Shown piece by piece: positions 1-6,890 of a stretch of 31,718 nucleotides of DNA. A program made the translations under genes and the position numbers. Every line of letters starts with the position of its first letter. Position 1 is the stretch's first letter. The stretch lies in assembly GCA_964642355.1 (NCBI GenBank), contig CAZXOU010000001.1, positions 1 to 31,718 of the forward strand. Direction: 5' to 3'. The notes below the pieces were generated by a model. It saw only the letters and a program-made list of their open reading frames with translations. It was not told the origin of the DNA and ran no database searches. The stretch is from an uncultured Gammaproteobacteria bacterium. Lineage in GTDB: Bacteria; Patescibacteriota; Patescibacteriia; UBA2169.

Positions 1-60
1 TTAATTGTGGGAGACAATGCTTATAAAAAGCACTGTCCCCCACCTCGTAGTTATTCAAAG

Positions 61-444
61 CTACACAGTCGCCTCAGCGAGAGGAGACCCCTCCCAAGCA
101 GGCGCATCATTTAATTGCGCAAATGCTTTACGCACCACCTCGATGCTTGGCCCAGCAATGCCGTAAAAGAAAACCATGGGCGGACTGCCGAATGAGTGGA
201 GCTTGACCAATCCCCGGCTTTCTCGAGCTGCTTCGGTGGTTATGCAAAGCTCCACTTCGCCTGCAACGACCTGGTCTGCTGCCTGCGCGTTGCTGTTCAC
301 AAGCTCAACCTGACACCCGAGGTTCCGCACCAAAGCCCTACCGGCAAGTACTTTTTGTGCTACGCTTTCGCTTATTGGAAGCTGTTCTCTGACTACGCTT
401 GGAGGGTTCAAGCGATTACTGAGTGTTTGTGTCTGAGCGTGCAT
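61..444 (-). CDS. Hypothetical protein resembling the C-terminal lobe of prephenate-dehydratase-like (type 2 periplasmic-binding fold) proteins; possibly internally deleted
   Basis: SD GGAGG 5 nt before ATG; GC-richer than flanks; segment VNSNAQAADQVVAGEVELCITTEAARESRGL resembles the PDT pattern S-x-A-E-A-A...A-I-A...GL (by eye); no N-terminal lobe or SHP motif. Confidence 0.4.
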   Translation of the reverse strand: MHAQTQTLSNRLNPPSVVREQLPISESVAQKVLAGRALVRNLGCQVELVNSNAQAADQVVAGEVELCITTEAARESRGLVKLHSFGSPPMVFFYGIAGPSIEVVRKAFAQLNDAPAWEGSPLAEATV

Positions 445-600
445 GACATCCTCCTATGTAATATATGTGAACCAGCTAAGAGTATGTATCAGGTACTTCG
501 CTTTTATTATTGCTTTACCTCCTTCGGTTAAATTGTTTAAGAACGATTTTCAGATTACTTATTATGGCAAAATATCAAAGAAATATGCATTTGTCAATGC

Positions 601-629
601 TTGACATTATCCCACTTTACATGTAAATT
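601..629 (+). promoter_or_regulatory. Sigma70-type promoter for tRNA-Tyr
   Basis: TTGACA (601-606), 17-nt spacer, TAAATT (624-629). Confidence 0.6.
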
Positions 630-680
630 TATACGATAATTAGCACATTGAATTAGTATAAAAACAACACTAATTTAGGT

Positions 681-765
681 GGGTCGGTACCCAAGTGGTC
701 AAAGGGAGCGGTCTGTAAAACCGTTGGCTCAGCCTTCGAGGGTTCGAATCCCTCCCGGCCCACCA
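681..765 (+). tRNA. tRNA-Tyr (GUA)
   Basis: Acceptor stem GGGTCGG/CCGGCCC, anticodon loop CT-GTA-AA, long variable arm GGC-TCA-GCC, T-loop GGTTCGAATCC, encoded CCA end. Confidence 0.96.
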
Positions 766-772
766 TTTATAT

Positions 773-805
773 GCCCTTGTTCGAAGTTGGACAAGGGCTT
801 TTTTT
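773..805 (+). terminator. Intrinsic terminator after tRNA-Tyr
   Basis: GCCCTTGT/ACAAGGGC stem followed by a T7 tract. Confidence 0.8.
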
Positions 806-2522
806 ATAAAAATTTCTCCAAAATCTTATTTCTCTTCAATTTCAAAGTCGGAGTAAGCAAATCATTTTCTTGAGTAAACTCATCTTTTATCAACTCAAAA
901 TGCCGAATCTGTTCAACTTCTGGAAAGTGATTTAGTTGCGCTCCTATCTCATGATCAAACAATCGCTTAGCCTCAACATTTTCTATAATTGATTCATGGT
1001 GATACTCTATACCCTTTTCCTCTGCCCACCTGCGAAGCTCGCTAAAATCAGGAACAATAATTGCGGAAATATGCTTTTCGTTATCTCCATATACCATAGC
1101 TTGCAAGATGAAACGGTTGATCTCCAGCTCTTGCTCAATTGGAACAGGAGCAACATTTTTTCCAGTTGAAAGTACAATCATTTCTTTTTTGCGTCCTGTA
1201 ATTTTCAAAAATCCATCTTCGCTTAATTCGCCAAGATCGCCTGTTAAAAACCATCCTTCACTATTTATGACCTCGTTTGTGGCTTGTTCGTTCTCATAAT
1301 ACCCTTTCATAATTAATTCGCCGCGAATTAGCACTTCCCCATCTTCCGCGATTTTAACTTCAACTCCTTCTAAGGTCTTGCCAACTGTGCCAAAACGATA
1401 TCCTTTAGCAATATTTGTAGAAACAACTGGCGAAGTTTCAGTTAATCCATATCCTTCTAAAATCAAAATTCCAATATCTTCAAAAAACTGCATAATGTCC
1501 GGCGAAAGCGCTGATCCTCCAGAAATAGCAAACTTGATTCTTCCGCCTAAGGAAGCGCGAATTTTTTTAAGTACAATTTTATCAAGTATATTAAAAATAG
1601 TTTCATCAAATCCTTTTAGTTCGTTCTTTCGCTTTTTAGTTCCAAGATCTAGGGCTTTATAGAATAATTTTCGCTTTAGATTTGAGCCGTGATTTGCTTT
1701 GTCTTGCACTGCATCATATACTTTTTCAAACACGCGTGGAACAGATATCATTATTGTTGGCTTGGCTTTTACAATATCATCTTTCATGGTTCGCTTGTCG
1801 CGGGAATAATAGATTGCAACACCTGACATTATAGGCACATATAGTCCTGCAGTTCTCTCCAAAGCATGAGACAAAGGCAAGAACGAAAAAAATCTGTCTT
1901 CTGACGTAACTTCTATAGATTTTTTTGCAGCCATTACATTGGAAAGAATATTTTTATGCGTAAGCATTACTCCTTTTGGCTTGCCAGTTGTTCCTGATGT
2001 GTAAATTATTGTATGAACATCATCTTCGCCAACCTCAACTGACTGTACATCTCCATCTATAAATAATTTTTTAAAAGCAACTACCTTGCCAGTTTCCTCA
2101 ATATTAGATTCATCAACATCTACTACCACAATCTTTTCAACTGGTAAAGCAAGCACTTCATCTTTATATGCCTGAAAAAATTCTTGTTCGATGATAAGCC
2201 ACTTTGCTTTTGTGTGCTCAACAATATATTTGATGTATTCTGGTCCATAGGTCGTGTGAATTGGAACATCTATTATGCCAAGTAAAGCGCATGCCAAATC
2301 AATAATTGCCCAATTTGGACTATTGGTAACCATGAACGCGATTTTGTCATTCTTACTTAATCCGCCATGGCTCAAACCTGCAGAAAGCTTAGAAACTCTT
2401 TGCTGAAGTTCAGAATACGAAATTACTTGATACTTGCCATCAACTAACTTTCCTAATGCTTCTTGATTGGGATATTCTTTAGCAATTTGTCTAAATTTAT
2501 GATATATATTTCCGTAATCCAT
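804..2522 (-). CDS. fadD: Long-chain fatty acid-CoA ligase (AMP-dependent synthetase)
   Basis: YTSGTTGKPKG, GYGLTE, TGDLG and GRKK motifs; start moved to ATG 2522 because the longer ORF reads through a terminator and promoter. Confidence 0.9.
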   Translation of the reverse strand: MDYGNIYHKFRQIAKEYPNQEALGKLVDGKYQVISYSELQQRVSKLSAGLSHGGLSKNDKIAFMVTNSPNWAIIDLACALLGIIDVPIHTTYGPEYIKYIVEHTKAKWLIIEQEFFQAYKDEVLALPVEKIVVVDVDESNIEETGKVVAFKKLFIDGDVQSVEVGEDDVHTIIYTSGTTGKPKGVMLTHKNILSNVMAAKKSIEVTSEDRFFSFLPLSHALERTAGLYVPIMSGVAIYYSRDKRTMKDDIVKAKPTIMISVPRVFEKVYDAVQDKANHGSNLKRKLFYKALDLGTKKRKNELKGFDETIFNILDKIVLKKIRASLGGRIKFAISGGSALSPDIMQFFEDIGILILEGYGLTETSPVVSTNIAKGYRFGTVGKTLEGVEVKIAEDGEVLIRGELIMKGYYENEQATNEVINSEGWFLTGDLGELSEDGFLKITGRKKEMIVLSTGKNVAPVPIEQELEINRFILQAMVYGDNEKHISAIIVPDFSELRRWAEEKGIEYHHESIIENVEAKRLFDHEIGAQLNHFPEVEQIRHFELIKDEFTQENDLLTPTLKLKRNKILEKFL

Positions 2523-2528
2523 AGTTCC

Positions 2529-2557
2529 ACTATACGCCAAAATAATCATTTTGACAA
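2529..2557 (-). promoter_or_regulatory. fadD promoter giving a leaderless mRNA
   Basis: TTGTCA (2557-2552), 17 nt, TATAGT (2534-2529), then 6 nt to ATG. Confidence 0.65.
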
Positions 2558-2590
2558 AAAGAAAAGCCCCGCTCACCGAAATGAGAGGGC
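2556..2590 (-). terminator. Intrinsic terminator after the T-box-controlled small ORF
   Basis: GCCCTCTCA-TTTCGG-TGAGCGGGGC followed by TTTTCTTTTT. Confidence 0.7.
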
Positions 2591-2600
2591 TCATGTTGGC

Positions 2601-2813
2601 CTAGGCATATGTGCCATCTGGCTGTCGTCTGCGTTGATGCCAAACAGAACGTTGTTTTTTCTCGGAGCAATTAACTTTTTCCGGAGTACTTTTGCAAAAA
2701 TCTTCAAGATCCTTTCCGCTAGCTCCGCAATTAACACACATTAGAATAAATCCAGGACCTCCCCAACCAATACTAATTTTTCGTTTTTCTACGCAATGAG
2801 CTGAATATGACAT
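2601..2813 (-). CDS. 70-aa Cys-rich hypothetical protein (CxxC, 5 Cys) downstream of the T-box
   Basis: SD AAGGGGA 6 nt before ATG; lies between the T-box terminator and its own terminator. Confidence 0.65.
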   Translation of the reverse strand: MSYSAHCVEKRKISIGWGGPGFILMCVNCGASGKDLEDFCKSTPEKVNCSEKKQRSVWHQRRRQPDGTYA

Positions 2814-2847
2814 CGCATTTCCCCTTGGTTAAGTAAAATTAAAGAAC

Positions 2848-3190
2848 AAAAAATCCCCTCCTCAACACACAACTAAAAATTGTGCACGAAGGATGGGATT
2901 GTTTCCGCGGTACCACCTTGGTTGTTTAATCGTTTATGACGAATCTCTATAGTATCAAGTGAATTCAGGCATTTTATATTGAATATTTACCTTCAAAAGA
3001 TACAAAAAAATCCGTCAATAAAACGGATTAAACCACTTTACTGACTCTGACTCCGATTGCTCGGAACGACATCAGCTAGCCCTTTGATTACGGGGGCTTC
3101 CGGATCTACACTAACGCATAAATCACCTTGTCCAGCGAATGCTGGACGAAACGTGCCCAATCCCGCGAATGCGGGACACGCTTCATCGGT
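2848..3190 (-). ncRNA. T-box riboswitch (transcriptional type)
   Basis: AAGG-UGGUACC-GCGG T-box at 2919-2905 with CCUU partner; overlapping terminator 2900-2852 plus U-run; stem II 3124-3103; IIA/B pseudoknot CGG-AA-GCCC-CCG-UAAUCAAA-GGGC at 3102-3079; stem III 3033-2924. Confidence 0.85.
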
Positions 3191-3212
3191 TTTAAATATT
3201 GTTAATAAAAGC

Positions 3213-3240
3213 ACTATAGCACACTGACAGGATTTGTCAA
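3213..3240 (-). promoter_or_regulatory. Promoter for the T-box leader
   Basis: TTGACA (3240-3235), 16 nt, TATAGT (3218-3213) with extended TGn. Confidence 0.75.
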
Positions 3241-3290
3241 CCCTGCCCTGTTATTATGTACTTTACACAAGTAGCAAACTATATATTGTT

Positions 3291-3533
3291 TTACTTAGCA
3301 AGCTTATTATACAGCCAAGCAAATACCCAACATCCAATTCCTGCATCAACAAACCCCCAAAGACCACCAATTACTGCTCCTGTAATACTTACTGAATAAC
3401 CAGGATATATCACCATAAATCCAAGAAGCTCTTTGCCATATCCAATATATGTGGCAATAATGGTTCCTATAAATATGCCTAAAGCTACTAAAATTCCTCC
3501 AGCTAAGGCAAATGCTTTTTTGTCTAATTTCAT
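3291..3533 (-). CDS. Small Gly-rich membrane protein of a family often annotated 'bacteriophage holin'
   Basis: KAFALAGG...YPGYSVS..G..IG..WGFVD..IG...FAWLYN pattern; SD AAAGGAG. Confidence 0.65.
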   Translation of the reverse strand: MKLDKKAFALAGGILVALGIFIGTIIATYIGYGKELLGFMVIYPGYSVSITGAVIGGLWGFVDAGIGCWVFAWLYNKLAK

Positions 3534-3606
3534 ATTTTTTCTCCTTTCCGCTTATTGCGGATTATTTATTTTTATCTTAATTTAGTATATCAAATAAATT
3601 CATAAA

Positions 3607-3647
3607 TAAAAAATAAAGGACCCTAGCTGCGCATGCAACCAGGGTCC
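3607..3647 (-). terminator. Intrinsic terminator after the 168-aa ORF
   Basis: GGACCCT/AGGGTCC stem with inner TGC/GCA pairing, followed by TTTATTTTTT on the minus strand. Confidence 0.7.
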
Positions 3648-3669
3648 GGTTTTGGGTAAAAACTAAATT

Positions 3670-4176
3670 TCACTTAGAAAAAGGCACTAACCAAGGTGTG
3701 AGCCCTGCAAATTCTACCACCTTCTCGTCCTCGTAATTCTCGTATATTAGTGTGGCCTTGATTACGCAATCTTCTTTGGGTTCGTCCAGTAAAGTAACTG
3801 TGAGTGTTGCACGCTCCGCCAAAAGCATCTCAAGCACGCTGCAAATTGCATCCTTATGAGCCTCATCGGATTCACCACGATACATATTCACTGAATCTAT
3901 GAGTTTGCTAACTGATACTCTATCACAGGACATAATCATAGGGACTACATCTTTCGTAAACACGAAAAAATATTTATTCTCCTGGACTTGGCTGTTCTCT
4001 TGCTCACTCTTGAGCATTATCTCCACACGCGGCTCAAAAATAAATCCCCCTTCATCTTCGTTCTTCGATGAAATGACAACGATTCTTGCTATCAATTCAT
4101 CTCGAGGATTCATTGATCCCTCAATCAAAATAACATTCTTGAGAAAACTTTCTTTTGCGATATTATTGATTTGCAA
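3670..4176 (-). CDS. Hypothetical protein, 168 aa
   Basis: TTG start with SD GGGGAGGT; own terminator; no recognised motif. Confidence 0.6.
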   Translation of the reverse strand: MQINNIAKESFLKNVILIEGSMNPRDELIARIVVISSKNEDEGGFIFEPRVEIMLKSEQENSQVQENKYFFVFTKDVVPMIMSCDRVSVSKLIDSVNMYRGESDEAHKDAICSVLEMLLAERATLTVTLLDEPKEDCVIKATLIYENYEDEKVVEFAGLTPWLVPFSK

Positions 4177-4365
4177 TAGATATAACCTCCCTTTGTGGAT
4201 GAAATTATGCGTGCCAAATGACTCGCACTGGAATTAATATAAAATGATCAATATATTTATATATCACATTATACACAGACTGTCAATAATTTCAAAATAT
4301 TACTATCTTTCTACGTCAAATCTAATTATTTTAGTTAATATACTTACTATATGATATATGTATTA

Positions 4366-4866
4366 TCAACTATCAATTGATATAATATTATATTTTACCT
4401 CTTTGTCGCCTATCTTAATATCAACTTCTTCTCCAACTTTTTTGCCGATAAGACCAGCTCCAATCGGAGAATTATGAGAAATAATTCCTTTGTCTGGATT
4501 TGTTTCAGAAGAGCCTAAAATTTGATATGTCTTCTCTTTGTTATTTAATGAGACAGTAACTGTACTTCCAAGCTCTACTGTGTCTGAATTTTTATTATGC
4601 TTAATAATTACAGAATGGTTGATAAGATGCGTTGTCTCATCTATCCTGCGATTTAATCCTCGCAATTTTCCTTTTGCAATTTGATATTCTGCGTTCTCGG
4701 AAAAATCTCCATTTGCTGCAAATGTCTTAACATCTTGCGCCAGCTTTGGCCTGGATTTTAGCATACGATCTAGTTTGAGCTTAAGCGCATCAAATTTATC
4801 CTGCGTCATGTTTGGATCCACTGGCATGTGAGTATATTTTTCTGATTTCCTTTTTGGTACTTGCAT
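4366..4866 (-). CDS. greA: Transcription elongation factor GreA
   Basis: GDFSENAEY signature and C-terminal ISHNSPIGAGLIG. Confidence 0.92.
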   Translation of the reverse strand: MQVPKRKSEKYTHMPVDPNMTQDKFDALKLKLDRMLKSRPKLAQDVKTFAANGDFSENAEYQIAKGKLRGLNRRIDETTHLINHSVIIKHNKNSDTVELGSTVTVSLNNKEKTYQILGSSETNPDKGIISHNSPIGAGLIGKKVGEEVDIKIGDKEVKYNIISIDS

Positions 4867-4867
4867 A

Positions 4868-5110
4868 TTATTTATTTATGATCTTAAGCTTTTCTACGCG
4901 AGATAATTTCTTTATTCTATACTCCTCTTTTAAAGCTTCTGATCTATTTTTGAACTTTACTGAATAGACCAGCTTAACAGGTCTGCGCGACTTTGTATAT
5001 CTTGCACCTAGTTTGGATGAGTTATGCTCAACTATTCTGCGTTTAAGATTATTCGTGATGCCAGTATAAAGCGTGTTATCTTTGCATTTTAAGATATACA
5101 GATAATACAT
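4868..5110 (-). CDS. Standalone GIY-YIG nuclease (UPF0213/YhbQ-like)
   Basis: YYLYILKCKDNTLYTGITNNLKRRIVEHN; second ATG (5110) chosen because TATGAT lies 6 nt upstream. Confidence 0.88.
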   Translation of the reverse strand: MYYLYILKCKDNTLYTGITNNLKRRIVEHNSSKLGARYTKSRRPVKLVYSVKFKNRSEALKEEYRIKKLSRVEKLKIINK

Positions 5111-5151
5111 ATTATTATCATACATTAGTTTACGTAAATAAAAAAATCAAT

Positions 5152-5184
5152 AAAAAAAAGACGCTGACTTGTTCCGTCAACGCC
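5152..5184 (-). terminator. Intrinsic terminator after the Zn-ribbon micro-ORF
   Basis: GGCGTTGAC/GTCAGCGTC stem followed by a T8 tract. Confidence 0.75.
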
Positions 5185-5224
5185 CTTTTAAAAGATCTCT
5201 GCCATAGAAACGAGGTGTATGCCA

Positions 5225-5392
5225 TTAGGCAGCTACTAGGTACTTTTGACCAATCTGGTGTCGCCCGAGGCTGCATACGTCATCTCCATCTGCAAAGTAT
5301 CCACCACAGATGGTGCACTTGCATCCGCTGAAGATTCCGCAGGCCACTGTGACGGTCTTCTCCGGCTTCGGCAGTACCAAGATGTTCGCCAT
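5225..5392 (-). CDS. Small putative Zn-ribbon protein (about 55 aa; start uncertain)
   Basis: C-x-C-x-x-C-G-G...D-V-C...H motif; ends just before a terminator. Confidence 0.45.
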   Translation of the reverse strand: MANILVLPKPEKTVTVACGIFSGCKCTICGGYFADGDDVCSLGRHQIGQKYLVAA

Positions 5393-5526
5393 CGCTTTTG
5401 GCTCTTCTGAGGCGACATAATAAACACTACCCCATTCGTACCCGAGGAAGCGCCGGATTGGTTGTATATGACATATACCCCATATTGTAGCAGGGTGATT
5501 ACAAGGTATTGAACCATTACACAAAC

Positions 5527-5555
5527 TTGACATTATAAGGTAATAATGATATCGT
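5527..5555 (+). promoter_or_regulatory. Promoter for the J-domain operon
   Basis: TTGACA, 17 nt, TATCGT with extended TGn; boxA-like TGCTCTTTTAC at 5562-5572. Confidence 0.55.
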
Positions 5556-5604
5556 AATATTTGCTCTTTTACTCAAAAAATTACTCTTTCCAAGAGGTCT
5601 TTAG

Positions 5605-6060
5605 ATGATAACCTATTATCAAATACTTGGTATTACGCAAGAGGCTTCTCGCGCAGAAATTAGAGGCGCATACGGTAAACTGGCAATATTGTATCACCCT
5701 GATACAACGTCAGATCCAAATGCAGAAAAAAAATTTGCGCGTGCTAGTAAGGCATATAGGACTCTTTCTAGCGAAAAAAGACGTCCAAAGTATGATGCAA
5801 AGCTTGCTTTGCCAACATCTATACAAGATTTGTTTGGGCGTCACCCATTAGGGCAAAAAATGCTCCAGACATTTCTTGATCGTGCTCCAGCAGAACCAAG
5901 ACCAGGCATTGATCTGTTTGAGGTCAAACCTGTGTCTGAGGTCTCCATCCCTGTTCCAGGCAATATAGAATTAGAATGGTGCGAAATTCCAAATCACGGT
6001 GATCCTGGTGTAAACGATGCGCCAAATGGTTCACTGTTCATCTATATGAGGAGAAAATAA
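5605..6060 (+). CDS. Miniaturised DnaJ-family (J-domain) protein
   Basis: YYQILG...YHPD...AYRTLS...YD J-domain; C-terminal PRPGIDL and GDPG...GSLFIYM resemble DnaJ C-terminal-domain fragments; no CxxCxGxG repeats. Confidence 0.8.
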   Translation: MITYYQILGITQEASRAEIRGAYGKLAILYHPDTTSDPNAEKKFARASKAYRTLSSEKRRPKYDAKLALPTSIQDLFGRHPLGQKMLQTFLDRAPAEPRPGIDLFEVKPVSEVSIPVPGNIELEWCEIPNHGDPGVNDAPNGSLFIYMRRK

Positions 6061-6737
6061 TGACCGAGCGTACTCTCGTTCCCGTAGATGTAAAGAACCC
6101 CGTGCAAGCACTTCAAACCCTCAATACCCCTTACGCGGCCAGCACTCAATTGGCTACCGAAGCCAAGCTCCTGGACGATGTTGTGGCGGAAATTGATGAT
6201 GTGAGCCAGGCTTACGCTTTGATGATCGTCCACATGACCCCTGCGCGCATGGTGGAGCTCTTGGCGGAAAGGGAGGAGTTGTCCTCGGCCGCTATACTCA
6301 CCTGTCCGTTCGAAACGGTGGTGGACACCCTGGTGTTCTACTTCCAGAAGCACGGCGCAGAGGAGACTCACCACGATGCCCTGCTTCGGTGGATGATGAA
6401 GCTCACCGAACACGGCGACTTCATGGATATCCTGGAGCAGCCGATCGGCGATGCGACCGTGATTGAGCACGCCTGTGCCGCTGTGTGGGCTGAATCCGGC
6501 AGTGTGGATATGATGACCGCGGATAGGTTCGAACAGATCGGCATTAATCCGGAGGATGCTTTCGACATCCTCAGCGACATGTTCACTGATGGAAAGTTCC
6601 CCAAGCTCCTGGAGCATGTCGTCGGTCTAAGCCCGCGTCGCGCCAGCACCGAGCTCGAACAGCTCGAACAGTCCAAGGACAAGTTCACGGAGGCTCGCAG
6701 AGCCGTGGATGCGGCTACAGACAGCGTTCTGGACTAG
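6060..6737 (+). CDS. Acidic hypothetical protein, 225 aa, GC-rich
   Basis: TAATG overlap with the J-domain gene; SD GAGGAG; sampled lines 57-62% GC. Confidence 0.75.
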   Translation: MTERTLVPVDVKNPVQALQTLNTPYAASTQLATEAKLLDDVVAEIDDVSQAYALMIVHMTPARMVELLAEREELSSAAILTCPFETVVDTLVFYFQKHGAEETHHDALLRWMMKLTEHGDFMDILEQPIGDATVIEHACAAVWAESGSVDMMTADRFEQIGINPEDAFDILSDMFTDGKFPKLLEHVVGLSPRRASTELEQLEQSKDKFTEARRAVDAATDSVLD

Positions 6738-6773
6738 ATCAATCACCTGTTCCTTTTACTGTTAACCCTAGCA

Positions 6774-6810
6774 CCCGGTAGCTCACTTGAGTTGCCGGGC
6801 CTCTATTTTT
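6774..6810 (+). terminator. Probable intrinsic terminator
   Basis: CCCGGTAGCTC/GAGTTGCCGGG stem, then CCTCTATTTTT. Confidence 0.55.
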
Positions 6811-6890
6811 CAAATTAATGCATAGATAGCAAAGCATAAAGTGCTTTTAAATCTGTACATTAACATACAACTTAATCCAAGGAGTTAATT

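Noticed and set aside
681-765. tRNA as a prophage or island attachment site
   Set aside because: No integrase and no duplicated tRNA 3' end were seen in the window.
679-873. 64-aa ORF on the + strand
   Set aside because: It is a translation of the tRNA-Tyr gene and its terminator.
3121-3190. Hammerhead-like GTCC...GGAC-GAAAC on the + strand
   Set aside because: The required CUGAUGA core before stem II and the NUH site are absent; the minus-strand T-box explains the region.
3005-3206. Standalone approx. 200-nt sRNA (6S, SRP, cobalamin or SAM-I-like)
   Set aside because: Only isolated words match (CCGAUGAAG, UCCGGAAG). Stem II, the pseudoknot and the long-range stem III link it to the downstream T-box.
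4868-5110. GIY-YIG as a mobile or homing element, or as the REP mobiliser
   Set aside because: It is a short standalone UPF0213-type gene, not flanked by repeats or an intron, and is apparently co-transcribed with greA.
6042-6688. 191-aa and 106-aa minus-strand ORFs
   Set aside because: Antisense shadows of the GC-rich 225-aa gene, which has the SD and the translational coupling.
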